This document shows, piece after piece, positions 1 through 11,549 of a stretch of DNA of 64,000 bases. Both the position numbers and the translations under genes were made by a program. Under the pieces are notes generated by a model. The model was not told where the DNA came from. It made no database searches and saw only the letters and a program-made list of their open reading frames with translations. The stretch is from Podarcis liolepis (lineage: Eukaryota), in NCBI GenBank assembly GCA_965112155.1, contig OZ218103.1; one strand, given 5' to 3'. Positions within the stretch are counted from its first letter, which is position 1. Every line of letters starts with the position of its first letter.

Positions 1-333
1 GGGATTAGTCATATGAAATTATGCAAAGCTACTGTATAAATCCCAGTGCCTTGTCAGTCATAGGTTTTGCTCCTGTAAAAATAAATAAATAAATGTGCTC
101 TTGCAGGAAGAAAACACCGAGAATACATTGGTTTCCTTTGATTGTATCTCTTAAAAATAGCCTGTGAACCCTGTGATGAAAGATAGCATGGGAAGGGCTA
201 TAATTATTGACTCTTTGTGTTTAATAAACACCTTTGTGCTGCACAAGTTGGGCCTCTGAGTACTGAGCACTGGTGTCACATATACAAGAAGCCTTTCCAA
301 AGGGTGATACAACCTGAATTCTGAATTCCTTGA

Positions 334-336
<3 letters not shown>

Positions 337-365
<29 letters not shown>
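337..365. repeat. (TG)n microsatellite
   Basis: Direct reading. Confidence 0.95.
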
Positions 366-367
<2 letters not shown>

Positions 368-704
368 AATTACATGAACACATGTTGTATTTATCCCAAA
401 TAGGTGGTCAACCAGATTTTAATAAAGGGTTTACACAATCCTAGAATACCTCATTCCACCTGAGTCAATGGAACAGAATTAGGTCAGTCCAAAGTTACGC
501 ACTTGGAAGTTCCACTGATTTCAGTGGGAAGATTAATTGCATGCTTACCAATCTGAAATCAGTGACACACATTTAGCTTTATCTTGAACCCTTACTTAGT
601 AGAGAGTGTTACAGATAGGTAGCCGTGTTGGTCTGCCATAGTAAAAATAAAAAAATTCCTTCCAGTAGGAAGGACACTGTTGGCATCTGAAGGACACTGT
701 TGGC

Positions 705-1026
705 ATCGTCTAACATTGTGTATGTCATCAAATGCCAACAGTGTCCTTCAGCTCTCTATATTGGACAAACAGGCCAAACCTTATGCCAAAGAATAAACGG
801 ACATAAATCTGACATCAAGAATCACAAAACAGAGAAACCAGTAGGAGAACACTTCAATCTCTCAGGACATTCTATACAAGATCTCAAAGTAGCTGTTTTA
901 CTACAAAGGAATTTCAGAAATAGACTGGAAAGAGAAGCTGCTGAATTGCAACTCATTACCAAACTTAAAACCATGGAGAGACCTGGTCTGAACAGAGACA
1001 TTGGATTCTTATCTCATTATACATGA
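705..1026 (+). pseudogene. C-terminal GIY-YIG endonuclease domain of a Penelope-like element (truncated, no RT)
   Basis: SNIVYVIKCQQCPSALYIGQT...RINGH...VGEHF...RLERE...PGLN: GIY-YIG with PLE-type CCHH residues, catalytic E and GLN motif. Confidence 0.9.
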
Positions 1027-1206
1027 CTAAGCCATTTTTCACCTTCTCACCCCTTGCCTTTTCCTGCAAGACCTATTGCAGTCGTTAAGAGTCGTCAACA
1101 GGCTCATCTCAGCTATCTGCCAATCACCCATTCCCACCACCCTTCTGAGTAATACCCCTCCCCACCTTCTCACTATATAGAAGGATCTGGCAACTTCTGT
1201 TTCAGT

Positions 1207-1244
1207 GTATCTGAAGAAGTGTGCATGCACACGAAAGCTCATAC
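1207..1244 (+). ncRNA. Minimal type-I hammerhead ribozyme motif (PLE-type)
   Basis: GTAT-CTGAAGA-A-GTGTG(CATG)CACAC-GAAA-GC-TC-ATAC: intact core, 4-bp stem I, stem III reduced to palindromic AGCT. Confidence 0.8.
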
Positions 1245-2614
1245 CAAGAACTAACTTAGTTGGTCTTTAAGGTGCTACTGGAAGGAATTTTTTTAGTAGA
1301 GAGAAGCAGGCTGTCACCACCGATGCCTGTTATTTCTCAAAATCAAGACTGCATGAGAGCTGCACTAGTTCAGCAAAGTTTTCTGGGCTTGATGGGAGAG
1401 ATTTTTGGGAGGGTGCAACAGCAGAAGAGTGGAGCAGCCGTGATTTTCTGCCTGAACAGCAGCACACAGTGCGTTCACCTTTAAATGATAATTTAAATAT
1501 GGCTTAAAGTGATGTGCAAACTGGGCCATCACTAGAGTAGGAGTTACTAGAGTAGGATAAAGGTTTATGTATGTGATAATTTTCTTTACAGTTTTCAAAT
1601 GTTCCAACTGTCAGTCTCATACTGAGCAACAATGTGCAGAACTCAATGGAATGGGAGACCAGTGAACCAGAAGAGTCTCAATGGTTTACTTGCCTGTAGG
1701 CAGGGTCATCGTCCAAAGTCAGGTCCAGTCCTAGGGTCAGCTGAACAGCAATCCATGTGGTCAAATGGTCCAGGGGCCAGGGAATCCAATGATCAAGGAT
1801 CAAGGTGAACAGGAGCAGCAAAGTAGGGCCAGGCACTACTGACTGCAGCTGGATGCTCTGCTTAAGAAGGCTGAAGCCAGCTGTTTCTCATCAGTGCCTT
1901 CTCCTCTGTGTCCTTGAAAGCTGATCAGCTGCAAGTGGAGTCACTCTACCTTCTCCCCTTTCAGGCTGTTCAGCAGGCAAAGCTGACTCCTGGCCCATGA
2001 TACCAGTAACTTCTCTGCTGCTTAATCTTCTGGCTTGAAAACAGATGCTGAAGCAGCCAGATGTTTCTCCCTTTGAAGTCGAGGCTTTGCTACTGGGCTG
2101 CTGCTAGCAGATGCAGGAGGCTCTGGGGAAGCAAAGGTGCTACAGTTCTCAGGTGTTCCAACTTTTAGACATCAGAAATAATGCTAACGAATTAACATCT
2201 AGTGCATTGTGCCGCTGCAAGAACCACTAGATCGCAGGGACCGGGTGTCTTACTGAGTCCAACACCACTGCCACCGCCCCATCCCAATCCCTTTGGCCCT
2301 GACTGGTTTGGCAACACACACACCATTCCCAATTTTTGGCTTATTCTCAGATTGGGAAAACCCGGATCTACAAGTGAGAATGTGTGAGATGGGGCAGAGT
2401 GGGGAGGGCATCATGAGGGCATTGCAAAATAAACAGAGACATAAGCAACCTTAAATTCCCATTAAACTCCAGTGTGGACAACCCCTCAGAGAACACTGAG
2501 TTGCAACCACTCTGGGTGGGACAACAAAGTCCCTCACCACTCCTTTTAAGGCAGACCTCTGGTCTTCTGCCTACTACGTAGACCAAACAATATGATGCTT
2601 AATGTCCTACTTTC

Positions 2615-2750
2615 CAGTGCTATTTTTCTAGAGAAAAAGGTGCCAGAACTCACCAGGAACACCTCCTTCATTCTCTTATAATGGCAAAGACACCCACCTG
2701 AGATGTGCCGGAACTGAGTTCCGGCAAGTTCTGGCTGAAAAAAAGCCTTG
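2615..2750. mobile_element. hAT-type MITE
   Basis: Imperfect TIRs CAGTGCTATTTTT / AAAAAAAGCCTTG; 8-bp TSD CTACTTTC/CTTCTTTC. Confidence 0.7.
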
Positions 2751-3299
2751 CTTCTTTCCATTACCCAACATTGAGAGAAAGCCTTTTCAGCACCAAGTGG
2801 CGCTGGGAAAGGGTCATGGCCTCTGGCAACCTGGAGGCAGGTGGCAATCAGTGATACAGTACTGAAAAGTGACTCATCTGGATTGGGGAATTTCCAGGTT
2901 TGAACTGCAGCCTCTCCTCTGGGGTGGAGATGGGAGCTGCTATAGAAATCGATGGGAGCAGAAAGGATTTTAGCATAATTGCGATTGGTCAGCAGCACCG
3001 AAAAATAAAATATATAGCAACATAAAGTGTCTGCTCTTTCAAACATAGATCTTACTTCATGTGGTAAAAACTATTTTGGGGCTTGTAAACGTTTAAAGGA
3101 ACAATCTCTACCAGTACAAACGAAGTCCATTATTCCCACAACTACAGGCTCTAGGGGTTGAAAGAGCGGCTAACATCCCTGGAGTGCAACCCATTACTAT
3201 TATTGCGGGTTAGAGGCCAGACTGATGGGGATGCCCAACAAAAAAATCCCTCACAGGAAGTTCCCATCAAATTGCAAAGAAGACCAGCCTCCTTACATT

Positions 3300-4030
3300 T
3301 CCCCCTCGCGCCCTCTCGGCGCCCGAATCCAGCGCTCATTTGCATACTGCAGTGTTTTTTCCACATAAAATTAAAACTTGGAACTTTTCTTTTCTTTTCC
3401 TTTTTTACTGGGGATGTGGGACACGTTAATGCCCAGTCACAAACACGGGGGGAACGCAGCACTTCTCCGCTGTTTTCTTCGAGTTACTGAGGAGGCGAAG
3501 AACCCAAACTCCAAAGTGCCCCCCGGGATGCGGCCTCCGTACGCACGACGTGCTTCTGCGTCTGTGCGCGACGGCCGCCGCGAGACTGTGAAGAAGCGGA
3601 AGTGACGTCGCGGCGCGTTTCCGGGCGACGGGGCTTGCGGCCTGTCCGCGTGTCTAAGGCAACGGGACGAAGGGCGACGTTGGGCGGTTTACCTCTCTGT
3701 GTGCTTTCTGCTCGGGGGCTCCTTGACAGCAATGGCGGTGCGGGCCAGCTTCGAGAATAACAACGAGATCGGCTGTTTCGCCAAGCTCACGAACGCCTAC
3801 TGCCTGGTGGCCATCGGGGGCTCAGAGGGCTTCTACAGGTAACCCCCCCCCCGAAAAAAGAGGCCTTCCTCTCAGCCTGGTCGCGCCTCGAGTCTCTCCA
3901 GGCTATTTCTGTCACTCTTTTCTCCTGCCCTTCGAACTCCGACCCTGAAACCAGGAGCCAGGCCTGGCCCGTGAAAAGGAAGCTGCCGCTCGGCAGCCGG
4001 GCTTCTTTCCCTGCCCCCCCCCCCCAATAT
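3300..4030. promoter_or_regulatory. CpG island / EIF6 promoter with composite ETS-CRE motif CGGAAGTGACGTC (3597-3609) and octamer ATTTGCAT (~3338)
   Basis: High CpG density relative to flanks around the EIF6 start codon; motifs read directly. Confidence 0.8.
3732..3838 (+). CDS. EIF6: EIF6 coding exon 1 (107 nt)
   Basis: ATG 3732 in gcaATGG context; [10 protein letters not shown]...GGSEGFY; donor AG|GTAACC. Confidence 0.96.
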
Positions 4031-4466
4031 TGCTAAAACTATGAGGGAATCCATTAAGGCTCTGGGCAAGTTATGGGTGACAGGTTTTGAACTGTTATTA
4101 ATCTCCAATGCGGCTTCCGCACTGGTGACTGGGGGACCACATCACACCAGTCCTAAAAGATCTATTATTGGCTCTCCTGGCCTGTTTCCAAGCACCACTC
4201 AAAGTACTGGTGATGACCATCAAAGCCCTAAATGGCCAGCGTCCTGTATACCCGAAGGACACTGAGGTCCAGCACTGAGGGCCTTCTTACTGTTTCCTTA
4301 TTGCGAGTAGGCCTCAGTAGTCGCACCTGCCCCGTGGCACGCCCTCTCGTCAGATGAGATAATTTATTAAGGTCAAAGACCAGCTCGCATAACACAATAG
4401 AAACAGCGTTTATAAAGATAAAATATACAATTAGATCAGATTGCAGCAATCGATCATGAGTTAAAA

Positions 4467-4509
<43 letters not shown>

Positions 4510-7500
4510 CCATACAACTGAGATTTGGGCTGCCAAATTGACCCTGAGGTGCCCCAAAGGGTGACTTCAGCTTTTCCCTAGTAAGCTATTTTATTCTAGA
4601 GGATGATCTGTGCCTACAAATCTGGGAGCAGAATCTGGATACCAGCCAGGTCTTCTTGTGATCTTTGCCCAAGAGGAGAGAATTAAGTTTAGACCTGTCT
4701 GAAAGATCGGTGAGCCTCTTCAGCAAAGGATCAGTGGTGTCTCTATGAATCTCAGCGTAAAAAGGACATCTGAAAAATATATGTTCAGGGCTTCCTATTT
4801 CCCCTGATGGGCAGAGTCCATCTCCATCTCCAGCATTGTAAAAGAGTCACTGACCCATTATTGTTGGTTGGTTTCTCTGTTTTCGTCAAAGGCTGTTTGC
4901 CTCTTCAATTGATAAATTGTTTTTCCAGTTTAGCAACAGGCTCATGTCATGCCATGTTGGTTTATGCCACAATAAAACCATATGCCAGGATAAATCTGTT
5001 ACTGGTTAAGATGCTGCGAGAGCTAATTGTATTTGCTGCAAGAGGCTCATGTGACTATTCTTGTGCAAGTTTCTCCTTTATTTGAGTCCTTGACAATGTA
5101 GTCATGTTGAATTTGGTACCGTTTTACAATTTTCATTGTGCTGTGCTTTAGTGTTTTTGAAGGGGAGCTTTCGGATACCATCCCTGTAGTTCATGCTTCA
5201 ATTGCCGGATGTCGAATCATTGGCAGAATGTGTGTGGGTAAGTTGCATTCTCCAATTGGGTTGTCTTAATCCTTCTTAAAATATAAATGCTGTAGCTCAG
5301 TGATACAGCATCTGCTTCCCAGATTCAATCTCCATCATCTTCAGGTAGGGCAGGGAATGTCCCCTGCCTGAAACTCTGGAAAGCCGCCACTGGTCAGTGT
5401 AGACAACACTGAGCTGGATGGAAAAAGAAGAGAAAAATAATTTTCAGACAATATTAATATTAACAGTAAACAGCAATGTGAACTGATGGTAGTATACTGT
5501 TATTATTACTGTTAAAGCGCTCTTACATAATGTTATCTAAGAGCTGGGAAGCAGATAGCTAATATCACTGTCCTCTTGCGACTTAAGTCACCACTGTTTC
5601 CAGGCATATATAGCAGCTGCAGAATGTCCAATTCCCAAGAGGAGGTACACCAGGTCCAGGAATAAAAATTAAAGGTGGAGACTATTTTCACTGCTTTCTA
5701 TTTTTAAAAAACGTTTTTTGTACCTTAGAAACCTGTTATCTAGCAGAAAGACAAGATATATTTTTTAAAAAATAATATAAACTTGTTTTAAGTTATGTAA
5801 ATTAACAATTAAGTTCTTCTGGCACTAGTTTGTTAGCTAGATATATTGCATTTATTATATAAAATTTTATATATCTGAATGAGTATTCGGTGACCCTGTA
5901 TTGGGGCGGGAGTATATGGCTTAGTTTACTTGCATTTGGTGTCTGTAGTTATTTGCTTTGCGAATGCATTTCTGCACTCCATTAACAGCAAGAAAGGTGT
6001 CACAGGAAGTTGGGTTAGATCCATTTCTGTGGCAGAGTTCACACAGTTAATAGTTTACTGTGAACATGCAGGTGGCCCCACTTTTCTTCTCCCCTAGTGC
6101 AAATGGGAGCTTCAAACCATGATCCCAGGATTTGTTTTCTGGGTAGTGGCTGTTTGTGTTTCTTCAAACAAACCATGATCTTAAGTCAGTGTTGTTCTTG
6201 TCTTCCCAATTGTTTGAGCAAAAGAAACCACACACCCCAGTCCCTACATAAACGAGGGATCATGTTTTGTTTCTGGTACCACTAGGGGAGGAGTGAAGCC
6301 ATCTGTGTGTTCATGGTAAACAGGTAAGTATTGTTTACTACAACCTGTGAACTCAACCAGTGATTTTTTTCATTCATTGCTTTATGGCATCCAGGTTTGG
6401 GGGAGAAAGAAAATGAAAGACCTGTTACTCCTGAATCTTGAATTGTGTCTCTTTTCTCCCCCATCCCTTTTCTTTTAGGAAACCGGCATGGCTTGTTAGT
6501 CCCAAACAATACCACGGACCAGGAGCTTCAGCACATCCGAAACAGTCTTCCAGACTCCGTACGAATTCAGCGAGTGGAAGAGCGCCTCTCTGCCTTGGGC
6601 AATGTCACTACATGCAATGACTATGTAGCACTTGTCCATCCAGACATTGACAGAGTAAATGAGTTCATTTTGATCTGAATTTTTCAGCAATTGGCATGCT
6701 ACCGCTACTTACGTTAAGTAGTGATAGTAGATAAAGGAGCCTCCTTCTTCCACACAAGGTTCAGCAGCTGAGCTGCCTGCGAACTTTGGCATCCTCTCTT
6801 CCAGGCTCTTGACACATCAGCTGAATTTTACAACTGGAAGGCAGGATGCCAGAGACATAGTTACAGAGGCAGTTGGTGGAATGGAAGAAAGGAGTTATCA
6901 TTTAAACAATTATTTTTTATTTTATTAAATTTCTATACTGCCCTTCAACTGAGGATCACAGGATGATTTACAGTATAAAAACACAAAAATTGGTGGCAGC
7001 AGCATGCTAATTCCATTCTAGTTGTAGTAAATGCTTTTAATATGGCTTTCCTTCTAGCAGTAAGAACTACATGCTGTGTGCTATTGATCACTACTGACTT
7101 GAGATTCTATGGTCAGAGGCAATGGAAACTGATCATGCTCAGTTGAAATCACCTAGCAACCTAGGAAGCTGTTTTATTTCATTGGTTCACAGAAGTCAGT
7201 ACTGTCTACACTGACTGACAGTGGCTGTCCATGGTTGAAGGCAAGAGTCTTCCTCAGCCCTGAATTGAACCTGAGATCTTCCGCATATCTCTGGTGGTGC
7301 ACTGGCACAGAGCAACAGCCCTTCCATGGCCAGTATCTAAACACAGGCTCTTCTGAACATGAGTGGTGGTTTTTGTTTATTAAACTGGGAGTTTAGTTTT
7401 CAAAAAGGCCTTTATATTAATATTGCGATCATGTGTACTTTTCTTAATGAGATAAATTGATTTGGCATTTGCTTTTAATTAATTAGGAAAGGTTTAATGT

Positions 7501-10500
7501 GTTCACAGTGCTGGTTTTAAACATTTCATATTTTTTTTACAGGAGACAGAAGAGATTTTAGCAGACGTACTAAAAGTGGAAGTATTTAGGCAGACGGTAG
7601 CAGAACAAGTGTTGGTGGGAAGTTATTGTGCTTTCAGCAACCAGGGAGGACTTGTACACCCCAAGACTTCCATTGAAGACCAGGATGAGCTCTCCTCATT
7701 GCTACAAGTCCCACTTGTGGTAACTACTCTTTCTGCTGAATATTTTTTTGAGTGCCCAGTTTTATTACACTGTGAAGAAGCTAACAGGCTGAGTTTCAGT
7801 TGTCTGCTGCTGCCCCCCACACCTAGTGGTCTCAGAAGACTGAGATCAGAGACCATACCCTCTGTATTTATGACTGAGTTAACATAGCCACACCCTGGCC
7901 AATTCAAAACACGAAATCACTTTCTAACGCCAGTTCTAACCATTCCTAAATTAATCTATTTCTTAGTATGACCCTAGGCAATGTATAAAAGCACAAGATT
8001 ACTCTCTTTTCCCAAAACAGAAAAATGTGTATATTAGAAGAATTGGTAGGGTGGGGTGGGAAGAAGAATATGAAGAGCAGTGAAGAATTTGAGTGAATGT
8101 TTACATTAACAAGAAATGCTTAATGACTTGAAAGAAATACAAGACTAATTGTTTGAGAGTGGCTTGGGGAGAGGGGTTTGAAATGTGCTTTGGGAATAAC
8201 ATTGATTAAATGAAAATGTCAGAGTGCCATTGTTACATTGGCTGCATACAGTGTTAGTGATTATAATTGGTTTCAAAAGGATCAGTCTAGAGCTATTTGA
8301 CAAGTACCCCTCTTAAGAAACTGACTTAAAAGGGATAAAAGCTTTTGATGCTGCTTCTCCTGGAATTCTGTAAAGAGAACTTTGGAGTGCCAATCTTCTT
8401 TTGATTCAACTCTTCACTTACCCAAATTGTCTGCCTTTTAGAATCCACACACTGTAAAGAGAATCCTATCAGTTACTATAGCTAACACTGAAAAGTGATG
8501 TGTACATTAACAGTTATGTTGATCACATATATTGATGATTATTTCTACATATTAATTAGCAGCCAGGGCAGCCTGTTTCTGAGCAAAAGTGGGTGTGAGG
8601 AAAATGAGGTTAACTCTATCCTCTCCGGTCCCTTCTTAGCAAGTTGCTTTCTCAGCCATGGGAGTCAGGGGATGGGGTTGTGATATGAAGTTTCCATATC
8701 TTACATGTACCGGTATATTTGTCCCCAAAACTGGGGGGGGGGGGGCAGCTCACATAGTGTGGTTTTAAGCTGTAAGAAGTTAAGCCACCTATTTTCTGCA
8801 TAGGTGGAGCTGGTTCCAGTCTTAAAGGATTGAAACAAGTGGAGAATAACATGCAGAAATCTAAGTTTTGTGTAGTTGGAGCCTACGTGGAGTGGGGTGC
8901 GGAAATGCAGAATCCCAAAACAGAAACACACCCTGTGTTTAAATTCCACACAGTAGATGAGCACTTGTGCTGTAAATTGTTTGCAAAGACCCAGTGGATT
9001 CCCCAAGTCAACTCAATGAGAATTGTGGGCTAGAGAATTGGGTCCTGGCTTTTCTGACATTTCTAAATGCTGGGCTCTATTACTTTTGAAATGATGATAA
9101 AGAGCTAACTTACATATGCCTTCCTGGTTCTGGAGGGCTTGGCTTCTATTGCCTTTTCAAATATTTTACTTAGAATTTTTCTATCCTGCCTTTCCACTAA
9201 AAAGTATTCAAGGTTACTGGTTCCAAACTAAATTATCAGTTACATATACTTTACTTCGGGCTTATAATAGATCCAATCCTAGGTGGTAGGAGGTAATAAC
9301 TCTGATGTTAGTGCATTGGGTATTGCCATTATAGATGAGCATGACCAAAAAAAAAAAATTCTCTTAGCCAGAGGTACTGTCATGAATGTCTCTCTCTTTT
9401 TTACCAGGCTGGAACTGTTAACCGTGGCAGTGAGGTGATTGCAGCTGGAATGGTTGTGAATGACTGGTGTGCCTTCTGTGGCCTGGACACAACCAGCACA
9501 GAGTTATCTGTTATTGAGAGTGTCTTTAAACTCAATGAATCACAGCCAAGTACCATTGCTACTACTATGAGAGATTCTTTGATTGACAGGTAGGTTTGAC
9601 ACTTGTTTTCTCGCAAATCCAGTAAATGCCTCAAGGTCGGTGACTGCCTGGATTCTCATTTTGCTTATTATAACTTTCCTGTGATTAATCACAAATGGTA
9701 GTTCATTTTCTTCAGTTGTCTCAGTACTTTTACATGCTTGTCACGGTCTGTGAAACTGATCTGCTAGAAGTTCCAGTACTACTTTCATCATTTGCAAAGG
9801 GAATACTTTTTCTATATATCCCACCCACCATTTTCACTCCACTTACCTGAGGGTTACATTTCATAAGTGAAATCACCCAAAGTGAGGAGCAAACCACTTT
9901 AATGGGGGTGGGGAGAGAACACAGGGAGGAGAGAGAGAGAGACTCACTCTGGAAATCGTTAGGGGCTGCTGCCCGGCTTGTCCCAAACCTGCCTGAGGGG
10001 AGTTAGTGTGCGTGGTGGTGGATGGCCACAGAGGACGAGGGCAGAACTGTTGCCAAGATGGGTGTTCAGTGGTGGGGAGAAGGCACCTCCTGCCCCATGA
10101 TGCTGGCTAGTGAAAGGCCACCTTCCCTCACTCAAGGCAGCAGCCCAGAGCAACTTCCAGGCAGCAGCCCAGAGTGAGGCAAGACCTATCTATTTTGTGA
10201 CGACCCATGTAAATATTTATTTTGTGTTGCAAAAAAATTGTGTGGGATGCGTGTAAGTGTGTATCCAGGCAATGTGCCTGTAATTAATATTTGCAGTGAC
10301 TTGATCCATGACTCGATTAAAGAATAATAAACGTAGTAAGTTTTTTTAAAAAACCTCGCACCTTCTCGTGCATCTGCTACCTGTGTGAGCACATTGTGCT
10401 TTGCTACTGGCTTACGGAATGGCCAAAAGGGGCAGTGAATAAAGTGGGAAGCCACTGGACTCTTTGCCTTTATGTGGCATGTCTAATCTCCTGACCATTG

Positions 10501-10721
10501 TGAGAATTCAGTACTGACATGGCTGTATAGCTGATATTTCTACATGCATCCAGTTAGTGACCTTCACAATGCAGTCCAGTTAGTGTGACAGGTTTTGAAT
10601 TCTCTGTTGCATCTTGCCTGGTTTTTTAGATAACGGAGATGAAAATAAGACAGTCTTGCTGGAGCCCCCAAAGTATTTTTGGCTAACCTTCATTTGTGTT
10701 TCCTTTTTTAGCTTGACATGA
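3732..10721 (+). CDS. EIF6: Eukaryotic translation initiation factor 6, complete spliced CDS (join 3732-3838,5152-5237,6479-6654,7543-7719,9408-9589,10712-10721; 738 nt = 245 aa + TGA)
   Basis: Spliced translation [21 protein letters not shown]...GNRHGLLVP...[19 protein letters not shown]...QVLVGSYC...[20 protein letters not shown]...MRDSLIDSLT*. All introns are GT-AG and phases are consistent. Confidence 0.98.
4469..4509. repeat. (TA)n(CA)n compound microsatellite
   Basis: Direct reading. Confidence 0.95.
5152..5237 (+). CDS. EIF6: EIF6 coding exon 2 (86 nt)
   Basis: tttag| [28 protein letters not shown] |gtaagt. Confidence 0.96.
5291..5422 (+). mobile_element. tRNA-derived squamate SINE (Squam3-like)
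   Basis: tgtagctcagtg (A box) ... gattcaatc (B box) ... ggtagggc...ctgcctgaaac.ctgga...gtcagtgtagacaacactgagct. Confidence 0.65.
6479..6654 (+). CDS. EIF6: EIF6 coding exon 3 (176 nt)
   Basis: ttttag| [26 protein letters not shown]...VHPDIDR |gtaaat. Confidence 0.96.
7163..7325 (-). mobile_element. tRNA-derived squamate SINE (Squam3-like), decayed
   Basis: Reverse complement of the same motifs (tgtctacactgactg, ttgaacctgag). Confidence 0.55.
7543..7719 (+). CDS. EIF6: EIF6 coding exon 4 (177 nt)
   Basis: tttacag| [20 protein letters not shown]...[11 protein letters not shown] |gtaact. Confidence 0.96.
9408..9589 (+). CDS. EIF6: EIF6 coding exon 5 (182 nt)
   Basis: ttaccag| [42 protein letters not shown]...SLID |gtaggt. 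Confidence 0.96.
10712..10721 (+). CDS. EIF6: EIF6 last coding exon (10 coding nt, ...SLT*)
   Basis: Polypyrimidine tcctttttta g|C TTG ACA TGA completes the conserved C-terminus DSLT*. Confidence 0.9.
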
Positions 10722-11543
10722 TCTGCTGCTCCCTGACCACCACAGAAGCACTGAAGGCCAGATTATGATCTTGATTGCTCACTGAAGTAAATGCTCTGTT
10801 TATTACTCTGCAGACCTAGACCAGGACGGGTATACAACAATCAGCATTTCTAAACTACAATGTTACACACCTGTGCCCCTTTTTGTTACTTCTGCTAATA
10901 TGGCCTGCTTTCATTAATTCATGAGATAATTTTCGAATTGCGAGTGTATGTTATCGAAAAATGTTTTAAAATGTCATTACATGTAATAATGGTTAAAAAA
11001 ACAAAACAAAATGGTTTTCTCCTTCTGCATTCACCGGCATGTGCCTGAACCAGCTATCATTTCTCGATCAGACACAGCTGGGATTTCTACTGGATCATTT
11101 TTACATAGCCTGCAGCCTAGATTAATGTAGCTGTCTTATGTAAATTTGGTAGTCAGACACTGCCTGTTAAAAGGACTGAAATAAGCCATGGAGCTTTTTG
11201 CCATATCCCTATAATTCTGTAAAGCCAACATGTGCTAGCAGTTCTCTGAAATGACACTGGCCTTTGTCTGTGGAGGAAGACCAGGTGAAAGACCAATCCA
11301 TCCCTCTGCTGAAGTTATGAAGAGCCTTTACTTTAGAGAAAATAGCCTGGGTGGAAATAATTTATTTTGACCTCTTTGTTGTATGCACACTTCCTTAACA
11401 ATTCAGTCATAAGAAACTACTTTGCAACCTGTATCTTAAGCCTCTTATGAGGCTCTGCTTTGTTGCGCAGCGATAGAAACAATCCTTGGAAGTAGGTGAT
11501 GGTGTCACTTGGTTGAGGCTTAATGCCAAAGGCAGTTAAAACT

Positions 11544-11549
11544 AATAAA
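11544..11549 (+). terminator. Candidate EIF6 polyadenylation signal AATAAA
   Basis: First canonical AATAAA found ~820 nt after the stop, followed by a GT-rich tract (ctgttgttctgg). Confidence 0.4.

Larger units (their letters stand above)
607..1292 (+). mobile_element. 5'-truncated Penelope-like retroelement (Neptune-like) with inverted pLTR fragment, GIY-YIG remnant and hammerhead-bearing 3' end
   Basis: 11-bp TSD TTAGTAGAGAG (596-606 / 1293-1303); 607-668 is the reverse complement of the element 3' end plus an extension; GIY-YIG ORF; HHR core at 1207-1244. Confidence 0.9.

Noticed and set aside
2784-2805. REST/RE1 half-site TTCAGCACC
   Set aside because: The second half-site (GGACAG) is absent; no full RE1 was found near MMP24 by eye.
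3120-3350. Octamer ATTTGCAT plus ZNF143-like words suggesting an snRNA-type promoter
   Set aside because: No recognisable PSE or snRNA body on either strand at the expected distance.
9090-9140. ATGATGA C-box in EIF6 intron 4 (possible snoRNA)
   Set aside because: No D box or terminal stem at a suitable distance.
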